From positions 15,438,001-15,502,000 of the forward strand of contig CM102286.1 in assembly GCA_046563655.1 (NCBI GenBank): a stretch of DNA of 64,000 bases, given 5' to 3'. Within the stretch, counting starts at the first letter, position 1, and the number at the start of each line of letters is the position of its first letter. Below the pieces are notes generated by a model. The model saw only the letters and a list, made by a program, of their open reading frames with translations. It ran no database searches and was not told where the DNA came from. The position numbers and the translations under genes were made by a program. Below are positions 22,801 to 34,235 of this stretch, piece after piece. This DNA is from Yuukianura sp. NJ FZ-2021. Taxonomy: Eukaryota.

Positions 22801-23289
22801 ATGCCGTGGATTAATGAAGTTGTTGGAGAGGACAATGACGTGGATTTAGCAAATTCGGGTCCAGAAGACAGTGACGTTACCAATTCGGATTTATCAGATT
22901 CTGAGTGGGAACAGTCATACTTTCACGAAGACGCACTGGATGTGTTAGAAAATGAATTAAAACTGCTCATAGATTCTGTTCAAACAGAATTGGATAAGAG
23001 AACTCCAGCGAAGTCTACGGCCGGCAATGATTATTATGGCATTTTCACAGATTCAAGTCCAGACGCAACATTAACTGGAATTATGTCTTCATTCTTAACA
23101 GCTCATCCACTCGGAACAACTCTTGATTGTATCGCAGAATTTGTCAAAACAATTCTACCAACCTTAACGGTACAGGAAATTGAATTCGTTTTAATGCAAC
23201 ATCCAGAAACGTTTACACAACATGCGTCAGCCGAGACAGGAGCAGGTCCAACAAGCACATGGTCAGTTGTCGGGATTTCAGGCAATTAA
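22801..23289 (+). CDS. Second acidic + ENOX C-terminal-like domain protein
   Basis: DATLTGIMSSFLTAHPLGTTLDCIAEFV...HPETFTQ...TWSVVG is paralogous to 21956-22237. Confidence 0.72.
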   Translation: MPWINEVVGEDNDVDLANSGPEDSDVTNSDLSDSEWEQSYFHEDALDVLENELKLLIDSVQTELDKRTPAKSTAGNDYYGIFTDSSPDATLTGIMSSFLTAHPLGTTLDCIAEFVKTILPTLTVQEIEFVLMQHPETFTQHASAETGAGPTSTWSVVGISGN

Positions 23290-25623
23290 GTCACTCTCTT
23301 ACCACTTCTTGTATATTATAGCTTTCCAGGTACATTGACTTTTGAATTAAAACTGCTACTAAAACCTCATGGAACCTGACAAAGTAAATTACAAAGCTTC
23401 TTTTGATATCACTTGAGTAATAAGTGTAGGGAAAGGAACAACTTTTTTTTTGTTACTGCTTGCTACATATCATCACACGTTTAATGTCATAGAGCCATCA
23501 CAACGGTTTGAAAATTTTGTAGGACATTTTTAATTTTTGCAGAAAATGTTCGTCTCAACATTAACGTAGCGTTAAACCTTAAATTATGGTTTACTGCAAC
23601 TTGGAACACTATACATCAGCAACCAACTTAGCAAAATTACTCACACTTCATAGCAATGTATTTAGATGGATGGTGCTGTGATATTTCTTGAGTCATTTTG
23701 TCAACAATATCATCGTTCCATTCATCGAAATTCAATTGCAACTCATCAATACCACCAGCATCCGATTTCTTATTGACAACCACCTATCATTGTAAGGTAA
23801 TGCGGGATATAACAGGTCAGTTTGTTTTTTGTCTCGTTTCAAATTTAAATCAGCAAACAAATTTTCAATTTACTTTTAGTTATTTCATCATTTTGACTTT
23901 CTCTAGACACAACTTGTACTAGCACATCCATTAATTTACATCAATTGACGTACAGTTCTCAACTTAAACTTGTGTAATCTTCACAAATACCATTCGTTGT
24001 CTGAAACCGATGAAACTTAAGGATTTATTGTCATTAAAGAAATCCTTGCGTTTCGTCGTTTGCAGCAACGACATAGTTCGTCAAGTTATTGGCATTACAA
24101 AACAGCTAAAATAAAATTCTCCTTCTTACACCTGCACTTTTTAGGTAAACAAGCATTTTACATTTAACATGCAACTTTGTATTGCGGAGATAGTTCAGGA
24201 TAAAGAAATTTCCAAACAAAAAAAACAATTTTCAAAACCATTTCTCCTGTCATATGACAATGCTCTTAAATCTACCCAATCCTTTTTTTCTTATTTGTTA
24301 GCAAATGTTTCAACATGAACACAAGTTAGTTTGGAAGGTTGATATTTTAGGTTAGGTTGCGGCTGAAGCCAATTCACTTATTACTTATCAACATATGAGA
24401 AAATTAGTAGGTAACTTAAACTTTTTTTTGCTTGAGTTAGGCAACTCACCCCCGATGCTATCCAAATATAACCCTGTGTATTTCAAATTCTGTTAGCCGT
24501 CGAAAATAAACTTTACTGACGGAATGCGTTGCTTCAAATTCCTTTCATTTTTATCATGTCTACTTCATAAGAATCTACTTCGTTAAGGTATATTATGAAG
24601 GGAAATAATTTTTCTTTATTACTCATAAAATATTCTGTAGATATTTCAAAGCTGTCAGTAAACCATTAGTGTCAGCAGGAGAAGGAAACACAAATAAAGC
24701 TGCTCCAGAACTCCCCGTTGAAATAGGGATGATGGGGGTTGTTTGGCGAAATAATAAAGCTTGATATTTTTTCGACAATCGTCCTCTACCCTGCCTTTTT
24801 CAAATCATCTGCAATAAATAAGACTACCTACATTTTTCCAACGTCAACATGGAGGTGCCCCCAGTTTGTTCTAAACTTTACCACTGTTTGTAAAGGTAAA
24901 TTCTTCAAAAAGATGTGTTTTTCATTCAAATGTCGAGTTTAATCTACCTTTTTTTTTATTTTTTTTTTATTTTTTATTACTTTTTGACAGCATACACTGC
25001 AAAACATCACAACCAGTATAAGAAGTCAACCTACTCATATTCGCTGTCCTGTGCAATTTCAATTCTACGAAAACGTAATGGCGACTCAATACTGAGCGGG
25101 CACTACTTATAAATTGTATTAGTTTGCTGCAAATTTGTATATTGTGCCCGCTGGTTGTCGAGTCGTGTATCAACCTGCTCAAAAATGTAATCTGATGCGA
25201 CTTTGAGGAAAAAACGCATTTCCATCATGTCACTAGGATTGCACAAATAATTGACCAGAAAAAAGAGTTTCTGTCTCAAGTTTCAGATTGAACAAACTGG
25301 TCAAATTTCTGTCTGCTTCTTTTGTTACAAGACCAACTGAGTGAAATTGCGTTTACCTTCATGAAGAGTTTCAACAAATTGTAGAGGTAACTTCAACATT
25401 GTTAATTCTCATTTTCCGATGGGTTACCATTTTTTTTTCATTTTCCATGTATTTCTTCATGAGTGCATGAGGAAAAGGTTTACAGATATGTTTCTGTATT
25501 TCTCAATTTTACAAGTAAAACTGCATGCCGGTGGGTTAGAAATTTTTTTTTCAATTCAGGTGATATCGTCCCAGACGTATCATTACTACATTACAAATCT
25601 AAGTTCAGCCACCGTTTTAAGTT

Positions 25624-28569
25624 ATGACAGACTCGGAGACTAGACAGAGTAAGAGAAAAAAGAAGGCTGCAGCACTTCTCAGACTCTACACACCCAACGA
25701 GGAACTGGCAGACACCAAAACCGAAACCGTCATCTCTCTCAAATCAAGTCCACGGAGAATTGTCAATGAACCAGACGACACCCGAAGTGTTACGTCACAC
25801 CTTAGTCACATGTCGGCGATGTCAGCCATTAGAAAGAAGCAGCGGGAGCTGGAATTGGCAGCACGGCTCAAGATGATAGAAAAAGATCGGAAGATTGCTC
25901 AGCTGGAAGCGCAACAACAGAAGAAGATTGCAAACGAAGAGAATCATATCATCGAGATGAAGCTTGAGGTGCAGTTAGCGAACCTCGCGGACGAAGAGCA
26001 GGATATTTTAGAAGAGATGGGACTTGTCGAGTGGCATCCACCGGTGGTAAATTGTCCAGACAGTCAGAACAGGGCTACACAGGATTGGGTCAACAAAGTT
26101 CTCTCAGGTCCACTATCCCCCATTCCTTCACCATCATATTATTCACACAATGTATCTCAACCGCCAGTATCAATTCACCAATCAGAAGTTACATCTGAAA
26201 TTAACCAGCCCGGAGAAGCAATGGACTTGGCCTTCAGTAAGTCATTGGAACAAATGAAACCTGTAGTCACTCCTCCACCGGTAGTTACTTCCTCTACTTC
26301 CAAAAAAGGGTTCGCAAGAAAGGCCTACGAGAATGATCTGCCTCACTTGAGTGGTCGACCAGAAGAATGGCGAGTTTTCCATGAAGCCTATACTCAATCT
26401 ACCGAAAAATGTGAATTTTCTGACTATGAAAATCTAAACCGTCTACGCAAATGTCTAAAAGGGGAAGCCCAGAAAGAAGTCGAGTGCCTGCTACATGACC
26501 CCGAGAACGTCTCTCGGATCATGACTATCCTAGAAAGAAGATTCGGGCCCAACAGTCACATCATTAACTATCATCTTTCGAAACTCCAGAACGTTCCACA
26601 GATGAAGGAGAATGATCTAGAATCCGTCAAGAACTTGGAACGGTACGTTTGTCACCTAGTAGAGATACTGAAGGGATTCAATTTAGAAGCCTATATCGAG
26701 GATTCACAACTACTGTGTCACATCGTTGACAAATTACCCCTTTCCTTAAAAGAGAAATGGATGGAAGCCCACGACGAACGCACGTGTTCTCTCATCCTCT
26801 TTGAGGAATGGATTCGAAAGAAGATCGACGTTGAGGAAAGATCCGTGCATCCGGAGATCAAAAAAGAAAAGGGCAAAAATGACAAACACACTAGCAGGTC
26901 AGTACCCGTTAAAGGACACACATCCCAGTCAAACATGCAGACATCTCAGGGAACATATCTGCCGCAACAGCAGCAGTCTACACTGGTCTACAACGGAAGT
27001 GACCTTCCTCAATTCAATGGTTGTCCGGAAGAGTGGTTGACCTTCCATACCGCCTTTACTCAGACATCACAGAAATGCGAGCTTGCAAACTATGACAATC
27101 TTCACCGTCTCCGTCTATGCTTAAAAGGAGAAGCCCACAAGGAAGTAGAGAGTCTGCTACATGACCCAGAAAACGTACCTCGGATCATAGCAATCCTAAA
27201 AAACAGATTCGGGCGCAAGAAGCACATCATAAACTATCATCTGTCCAAACTCCAGAGTTTTCCACAAATGAGAGAGAATGATCCAGCGTCAGTCATGAAC
27301 TTTGGAATGTACGTCCGCAACTTGGTAGAGATTCTGATGGGTTTCAAATCGCAAGTCTACTTGGAGAATCCACTACTGTTGGATAGTCTCATCGCCAAAT
27401 TGCCGGTTTCTATGCAAAAAAAGTGGATGGAAAAACACGACAACAGCACGAGTTCCCTCATCTTATTTGAGGAGTGGATCAGAGAGAAGGTCGATATTTC
27501 TGAGAGACTCCTGCTGCGAAAACTCACGGATAATAAACAAAAGAGGAAAAAACAGAGTAGCAAATCCGTAGTTACTACGCACCAGGGAAGTCCATCGCAG
27601 CCAACTTCAGGCAGTTCTCAAGCTTCATCTAACACTCAGCAGCAGCAGTCTACAACTCAAGCCAGCCGATGTCATCATTGCCAGACAAACGGCCATCGCA
27701 TTCATGGTTGTGAACAGTTCAAACAGGCAACTTTGGAAGTACGCCTCAACACAGTCAAGATCCGGAAGCTTTGCTACGGATGTCTCAACTTTGGTCACGG
27801 AACAAAAGACTGTCGCTCCAAGAAGAAGTGTACAGTCGGCGACTGCAGTTACTTCCACCATCAGCTTTTACATCGGACCACGGCTCCAGCTACTTACCCA
27901 TCTCAACTACACGGTTCCACTCAAGTCACTTACCCAGTTATTCCTGTCATACTCATGGGCCCGAAGGGAAATGTCTCTACCTATGCTCTGCTGAGTTCGG
28001 GATCCGCCTACACCCTACTGGACGAAGTACTAGCAGACCAACTTCAACTCTGTGGAAACAAAGAACCTCTTCGTTTCACCACAATCACTCACCCTCAGGG
28101 CTCAGTAGTCCTTTCACGGTCAGTCTCTCTCAGTATTTTCAACGTTACTAATGGAGACTCATTCAACATCACCAACGTACGTACTTTCCCATCACTTACT
28201 ATTCGTGCTGGCACCGTGACTCGGGCACAGCTAGCAGAGTGGAAACATCTAGACGGATTGCCTCTTCCATTGTACTCAGATGTCCGGCCGAAGATCCTGA
28301 TTGGAATTCCACACCATAAGCTGATTACCCCTACTGAAATTGTGAAAGGTCCCCCAAACGGTCCACTAGCGTTGAAAACGCCGCTCGGATGGATGGTCTG
28401 CGGGAAGATGGCTCTCCCTGCAGGAAGCAAAACAGCCAACCCCACCTACGGAGTCTACACTGTCCTACAATCTCCACCACAGTTAGTACAGCAATACTAC
28501 CACTGCCAAATTTTTATTCTATCGGATTCTAATCTAATTTACTTTAACTGTTTTCCTGTGTGTTTGTAA
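25624..28569 (+). CDS. gag: BEL/Pao-derived Gag (two DUF1759/capsid-like domains, Zn knuckles) + degenerate aspartic protease; no RT/RNase H/integrase; candidate domesticated gene
   Basis: LP(H/Q)(L/F)xGxPEEW...L(R/K)xCLKGEA occurs twice; CHHC...H...C, CYGCLNFGHGTKDC and CTVGDCSYFHHQLLH knuckles; ALLSSGS in place of ALLDSGS; PKILIG and KTPLGW motifs; AATAAA at ~28856. Confidence 0.85.
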   Translation: MTDSETRQSKRKKKAAALLRLYTPNEELADTKTETVISLKSSPRRIVNEPDDTRSVTSHLSHMSAMSAIRKKQRELELAARLKMIEKDRKIAQLEAQQQKKIANEENHIIEMKLEVQLANLADEEQDILEEMGLVEWHPPVVNCPDSQNRATQDWVNKVLSGPLSPIPSPSYYSHNVSQPPVSIHQSEVTSEINQPGEAMDLAFSKSLEQMKPVVTPPPVVTSSTSKKGFARKAYENDLPHLSGRPEEWRVFHEAYTQSTEKCEFSDYENLNRLRKCLKGEAQKEVECLLHDPENVSRIMTILERRFGPNSHIINYHLSKLQNVPQMKENDLESVKNLERYVCHLVEILKGFNLEAYIEDSQLLCHIVDKLPLSLKEKWMEAHDERTCSLILFEEWIRKKIDVEERSVHPEIKKEKGKNDKHTSRSVPVKGHTSQSNMQTSQGTYLPQQQQSTLVYNGSDLPQFNGCPEEWLTFHTAFTQTSQKCELANYDNLHRLRLCLKGEAHKEVESLLHDPENVPRIIAILKNRFGRKKHIINYHLSKLQSFPQMRENDPASVMNFGMYVRNLVEILMGFKSQVYLENPLLLDSLIAKLPVSMQKKWMEKHDNSTSSLILFEEWIREKVDISERLLLRKLTDNKQKRKKQSSKSVVTTHQGSPSQPTSGSSQASSNTQQQQSTTQASRCHHCQTNGHRIHGCEQFKQATLEVRLNTVKIRKLCYGCLNFGHGTKDCRSKKKCTVGDCSYFHHQLLHRTTAPATYPSQLHGSTQVTYPVIPVILMGPKGNVSTYALLSSGSAYTLLDEVLADQLQLCGNKEPLRFTTITHPQGSVVLSRSVSLSIFNVTNGDSFNITNVRTFPSLTIRAGTVTRAQLAEWKHLDGLPLPLYSDVRPKILIGIPHHKLITPTEIVKGPPNGPLALKTPLGWMVCGKMALPAGSKTANPTYGVYTVLQSPPQLVQQYYHCQIFILSDSNLIYFNCFPVCL

Positions 28570-29022
28570 AGGCGAGACACGAAGTGAACAAAACAAGCAC
28601 CTGATCCCCCGACTAGAAAAAGGGAGATGACTTCCAGCGTGTAGAACGTCAATGCAGGAAACCAAACCCATCGCTCCAACAAACCTCACACCCAACACGG
28701 CGAGGAAAAGGGATTCCATACACTTGTGCCACTAGTACACCCGTCAATAGTCTAAATTTGTAATTGCAACTCCCAAACTTTGACATAACTTCTCTACACC
28801 TCAAATCCAACATTGTCCACACTTCTTGTAAATTAATTAATTCATAATTCATGCAAATAAAAGTTTCTTATTGTTCCTCTCAGCAAAACCAGGAGAGTTT
28901 GCTTTTGTTTACTAAGATTTCCCATTAGATTTTCCATTCTCAGGTGTTTGGCATGTGTTAGACCTGTTTTCAAGACCCCATTAGATTTTACATGCTCAGG
29001 AGTTCAGGTACTCCAAATGTTA

Positions 29023-32000
29023 TTCCCAATTTGGCTCCAAATTGGAATCCCTAATCCACCTCTAAAATGTACGGAAGCTTAAAAGGGTCAAATCACGTCC
29101 CACTTCCCAGTGCTCGGTACTCGATACCCAGTGCGCGGTTCCCAGTACTCGCTACTCGCTTCCCAGTACTCAGTGCGCGGTTCCCAGTACCCGGTACCCG
29201 CTTCCCAGTACTCAGTGCGCGCTTCCCAGTACTCGGTACCCGCTTCCCAGTACTCAGTGCGCGGTTCCCAGTTGTGCTGCGCGGTTCCCAGTTGTCGCTG
29301 CGCGGTTCCCAGTTGTGCTGCGCGGTTCCCAGTTGTCGCTGCGCGGTTCCCAGTTGTGCTGCTCGGTTCCCAGTACTCGATTCCCACTTCTCAGTTCCCA
29401 GTGCGCGGTTTCCGGGTGGTCCTTTTTCTTCAAAAATCCTTATCTCCTTTTTGTTGCCCTTTGGAGCTCGAGCCTTCCTTTCTATCTGCAAAAATGGCAA
29501 TTATGTAAATGCAGTACCGTGAGGATCCCAGTGTAGAAGACCCATGGCTGTTATTTATTACCAAAATGAGAGTAACTAAAAAATTGCACTAATTTCAAAA
29601 AAATACCGTACTGCATCGAGAACATTGACAATTAAAATAACATGCGGATACTTAGGTTCAAAAACTGAACAAAAAATCAACAATAATTAAAAAAAAATAT
29701 TTGAGTTGACGTTCTTTCTCCTTGCAAGTGAATTTTGAACTATTGAATGATTTGATTATTATACCTATTTTTATCTTTTACACTTACAGTTCTGTTGTGT
29801 TAATAAATATTTTAGCGTTCACTAAAAAATTGAATGATCTAACTATTGATTTTTTTTATTATTGATTTTTTGTTCAGTTTTTTATTTTGTTTCACTCCTT
29901 GAAACATTTTGAAGTAATGAATTTTTTTAAGTATTAAATTTTTATGGAAGTATTGCCATTTTATTTTAATTGTTAATTTGTTTGATGCGTTACGGTATTT
30001 TTCTGAAATTAGTGCAATTTTTTTAATTTTGCTCATTTTGGTAATAAATAACAGCCATACGTCTTCTACACTGGGATCCTCACGGTACTTCATTTACATA
30101 ATCGGCATTTTTGCAGATAGAAAGGAAGGCTCGAGCTCCAAAGGGCAACAAAAAGGAGATAAGGATTTTTGAAGAAAAAGGACCACCCGGAAACCGCGCA
30201 CTGGGAACTGAGAAGTGGGAATCGAGTACTGGGAACCGCGCAGCGACAACTGGGAACCGCGCACCGCGCACTGAGTACTGGGAAGCGGGTACCGAGTACT
30301 GGGAACCGGGAATCGAGTACTGGGAAGCGAGTACCGAGTACTGGGAACCGCGCACCGGGTACTGGGAACCTCGCACCGGGTACCGGGAACCGCGCAGCGG
30401 GTACTGGGAACCGCGCACCGGGTACCGGGAACCGCGCAGCGGGTACTGGGAACCGCGCACCGGGTACTGGGAACCGCGCACCGAGTACTGGGAACCGCGC
30501 AGTTAAACTCCAGTGTATTGCTTATGGAGGAGGTAATCGGGAAGCGAGTTGGCCCTTTTACGCTTCCGTAAAAATGGGATCCCTAATTTAACTCAAACTG
30601 GAAGTCCCACATTGACTCGAAAATGGGATTCCCACATTGACTCCAAAATGGAGTTCCCAAATTGAATCCAAAATGGTAGTCTCAAACTGAACCCAAAATC
30701 GAGTTCCCATATTGACTCCAAAATGGACGTCCAATTAGGACTCCCAAAGGTGTTACTTTCAACTCAAAATAAGACTCCAAAATGGAAGTCAAAATAAGAC
30801 TCCAAAATGGAAGTTAAAATGGGACTCAAAAAAGGGTTACTTTCAACTCAAAATGGAAATCAAAATAAGACTCCAAAATGGAAGTTAAAATGGGATTCCA
30901 AAATGGGAGTCAAAATGAGACTCCAAAATGGAAGTCCAAATGGGACTCCCAAAGCTTTCCAACTCAAAATCGATGTCCAAATGGGACTGCCAAATGGAAT
31001 TGAAAATTGGATTCCCAAAGCCCTTTATTTCAACTCAAAATGGAAGTGGAAATGGGACTCCCAAATGGAACTCCAAAAGCCCTTTTTTCCCTCTCAAAAT
31101 TTATTTTTTTAACATGGTGAGAGTCATCATTAAGTATTATCATTTTTTCTAGATTTTGTATTATAAACGCCATTGCCAGGAGTTTGAGAGCATCATAGAA
31201 GGTTAAGGTGTCTGCATACTGTTAAAAAGTTTATGCGACTCCGAAATGGAATTCCCAAATTAACTCCCAAATGGCATGCGAAATGGGATTCCCACATCCC
31301 TTCAACTCAAAATGGAAGTCGAAATGGGACTCCCAAAGCCCTTCATCTCAACTCAAAATGGAAGTCTAAATGGGACTTCAAAATGGAAGTCAAAATAAGA
31401 CTCCAAAATGGAAGTTAAAATGTGACACCAAAAAGGGTTACTTTCAACTCAAAATGGAAGTCAAAATTGGACTCCCAAAGGGAACCCCAAATGAAATCCG
31501 AATTTGGACTCCCAAAGAGAGTCCCAAATGCTATCCAAAATTCGATTCCCAAAAAGAACCCCAAAGTGATTCCCAAATTGGAGTTCCAAATTCAACCCCA
31601 AATACAGTTTCAAATCGGACTCCCAAAGAGAGTCCAAAATGAAATCCAAAATTGGACTCCCAAAAGGAACCCCAAAATGAAATCCCAAATTGGAGTCCCA
31701 AAGAGAGTCCAAAATGAAATCCAAAATTGTAGCCCTAAAGGGAACACCAAAGTGAATCCCAAATTGGAGTCTCAAAGAAAGTCCGTCCCAAATGCTATCC
31801 GAAATTGGACTCCCAAACAGAGTCCCAAATGCTATCCCAAATTGGAGTCCTAAAGAGAGTCCAAAATGAAATCCAAAATTGGAGTCCCAAATTCAACCCC
31901 AAATGGAGTTCGAAATCGGACTCCCAAAGAGAGTCCCAAATGCTATCCAAAATTGGAGTCCTAAAGAGAGTCCAAAATGAAATCCAAAATTGGACTCCCA

Positions 32001-33135
32001 AAAAGAACCCCAAAATGAAATCCCAAATTGGAGTTCCAAATTCAACCCCAAATGGAGTTCGAAATCGGACTCCCAAAGAGAGTCCCAAATGCTATCCGAA
32101 ATTGGAGTCCTAAAGAGAGTCCAAAATGAAATCCAAAATTGGAGTCCCAAATTCAACCCCAAATGGAGTTCGAAATCGGACTCCCAAAGAGAGTCCCAAA
32201 TGCTATCCGAAATTGGAGTCCTAAAGAGAGTCCAAAATGAAATCCAAAATTAGACTCCCAAAGAAAACCCCAAAGTGAATCCCAAATTGGAGTCCCAAAT
32301 GCTATCCGAAATTGGAGTCCTAAAGAGAGTCCAAAATGAAATCCAAAATTGGACTCCCAAAGGGAACCCCAAAGTGAATCCCAAATTGGAGTCCCAAAGG
32401 GAGTCCAAAATGAAATCCAAAATTGGAGTCCTAAAGGGAACCATAAAGTGAATCCCAAATTGGACTCCTAAAGAGTGCCCAAAATAAATGGAATCCGAAA
32501 TTGGATTCCCAAAGAAACCCCTAAACATAATCCAAAATTGTGTCCGAAATTGAAACCCCAAAAGGAATCCGTAATTGGAGTCCCAACGTGAACCCCAAAT
32601 AAAACCCCCAAATTGACTGCAATGGAATTCGAAATGGGGTTCGAAAATGATAGTCCCAACTCGAACCCAAAATGGAATCCCCCAATTCAACTCCAAAATG
32701 GAACTCCCAATTCGCCTCCAAAATTGAATCCCTAATTTAAATCCAAAATTGAATCCCTAATTTAACTCCCAAATGGAAGTCGAAATGGGACTCCAAAAGT
32801 AATGTAAAAAGTAAAAACCTAACCTAATACAATCCCAAATTGGATTCCCAAAGAGAATTCTAAATGGAATTCGAAATTGGATTCCCAAAAAAAAACCCTA
32901 CATGGAAGCCAAAATTGTGTCCAAATTGAAAACCCCAAAACAAATTCTAAATTGCAGTCCCAATGGGAATCCGAAATAAAACCCCCAAATTGACTCCAAA
33001 ATGGAAGTCCCTATTCAACTCCAAAATGGAATCCCTAATTCGACTCAAAAATGGAGGTTGAAATGGGGCTCCAAAATGCAATTCCCAACTTGACTCCACA
33101 ATGGAATCCCTAATTTAACTCCAAAATGGAATCAT
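29023..33135. repeat. Degenerate satellite built on ~10-11-bp CCAAAATGGA/GACTCCCAAA units, with ~110-150-bp higher-order repeats (31790-32400); interrupted by the foldback element and by ~31110-31230
   Basis: Block 31861-31971 recurs near-identically at 32121-32231. Confidence 0.9.
29070..30570. mobile_element. Foldback-type non-autonomous element with ~600-bp internally repetitive inverted arms
   Basis: Termini TACGGAAGC(T/G)TAAAAGGG(T/C)CAA are inverted; arms contain 18-21-bp TTCCCAGTAC.. minisatellite units and a near-identical ~270-bp unique inverted block; AAAATG duplicated on both flanks. Confidence 0.8.
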
Positions 33136-34235
33136 CGATAATCTCTCATTTCAACCTTTTCACTTAACTTCAATTAAGTCATGTCCATGATTTGATTTTG
33201 TAATTTTAATAATTAGTGGGATGGAACAATCGGGCAGGGCACTGGACTGTTGATCGTCGCAACGTGCCGGAGGCTGATGGGGCAGAATATATTGTTGTAC
33301 CGTCGTCCATGATGAATTTTGAATGACTTTACTGAATTTGATTACTATTAACCACCTTAAGTCAATTGTGTACTCGTCATGTAGTCTAAAATTTCAGGAT
33401 CCATTAATCGTTGCACTGTTTGCCCTTCACGGACTTGTCAAAATTTCCTCGCAATTTTAGCATTAAATCCTATTCATATTCGACTGTTTTGCTGTTTTGG
33501 AAGTTATACACAAAAAATAGACTCTGATTTTGTCAAACCTCCCAATTTTTATTCTAAGCATTTTAATCTGATAACTAATAATCTAACCTGATAATCTAAC
33601 CTAACCTAACCTATGGACCTTACTGCAAAGAAACTTACCTTATATAACCTTACATAACCTTAACGAAGGCCAAGTCGTCAGTCAAACTCAGATGATAGAA
33701 ATCCAACTGAAAAGTACAACTCAAAAGCCCTTTTGAGGAATCAAATGGAGATTCACCAATCTCCCCTCCTCCTTGTGTAACCTTCACTATAGTTTATGTA
33801 AAGTGCATTTGTACTCGTAGCGGTCTTCCGACTCCCCTCATCACCTTGAGAGAGGACGAAGTGTCAACCTCACCGGAGGTGACGTGGTCCTGGTCATCGA
33901 GTGTGGGCGGAATCGGCTCAAATGCATATTTAGTTTTAGTTTTAACTCTAAGTCGTCTTCCAGCACTCGCAGCAGAAACTTCTCTGTTATTGCTCATTTG
34001 AGACAATAGTCTTTGTCCTCAATATTGGTGACTCGACTCTAGTATTGTTTGAACTAAAGCTCACTCTAGCAAAGTCTAAGTTTTGATTTGTATTGTGCCC
34101 ACCTCTTTGGAAAGTGTTCTCATTTCTTCTGGTTTTTGCACATCAGTTCATTCCATCCACCTATTACAAGCCCAAGTCGGAAATTCTTCAGTTTCCATTC
34201 AAGTATCATCATCAACCTTTCAACCAGTAGTTAGA

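Noticed and set aside
29067..32721. Numerous overlapping ORFs (e.g. EYWEPRTG and PKWS repeats)
   Set aside because: Translations of minisatellite/satellite DNA that are open in several frames on both strands; no splice or promoter support
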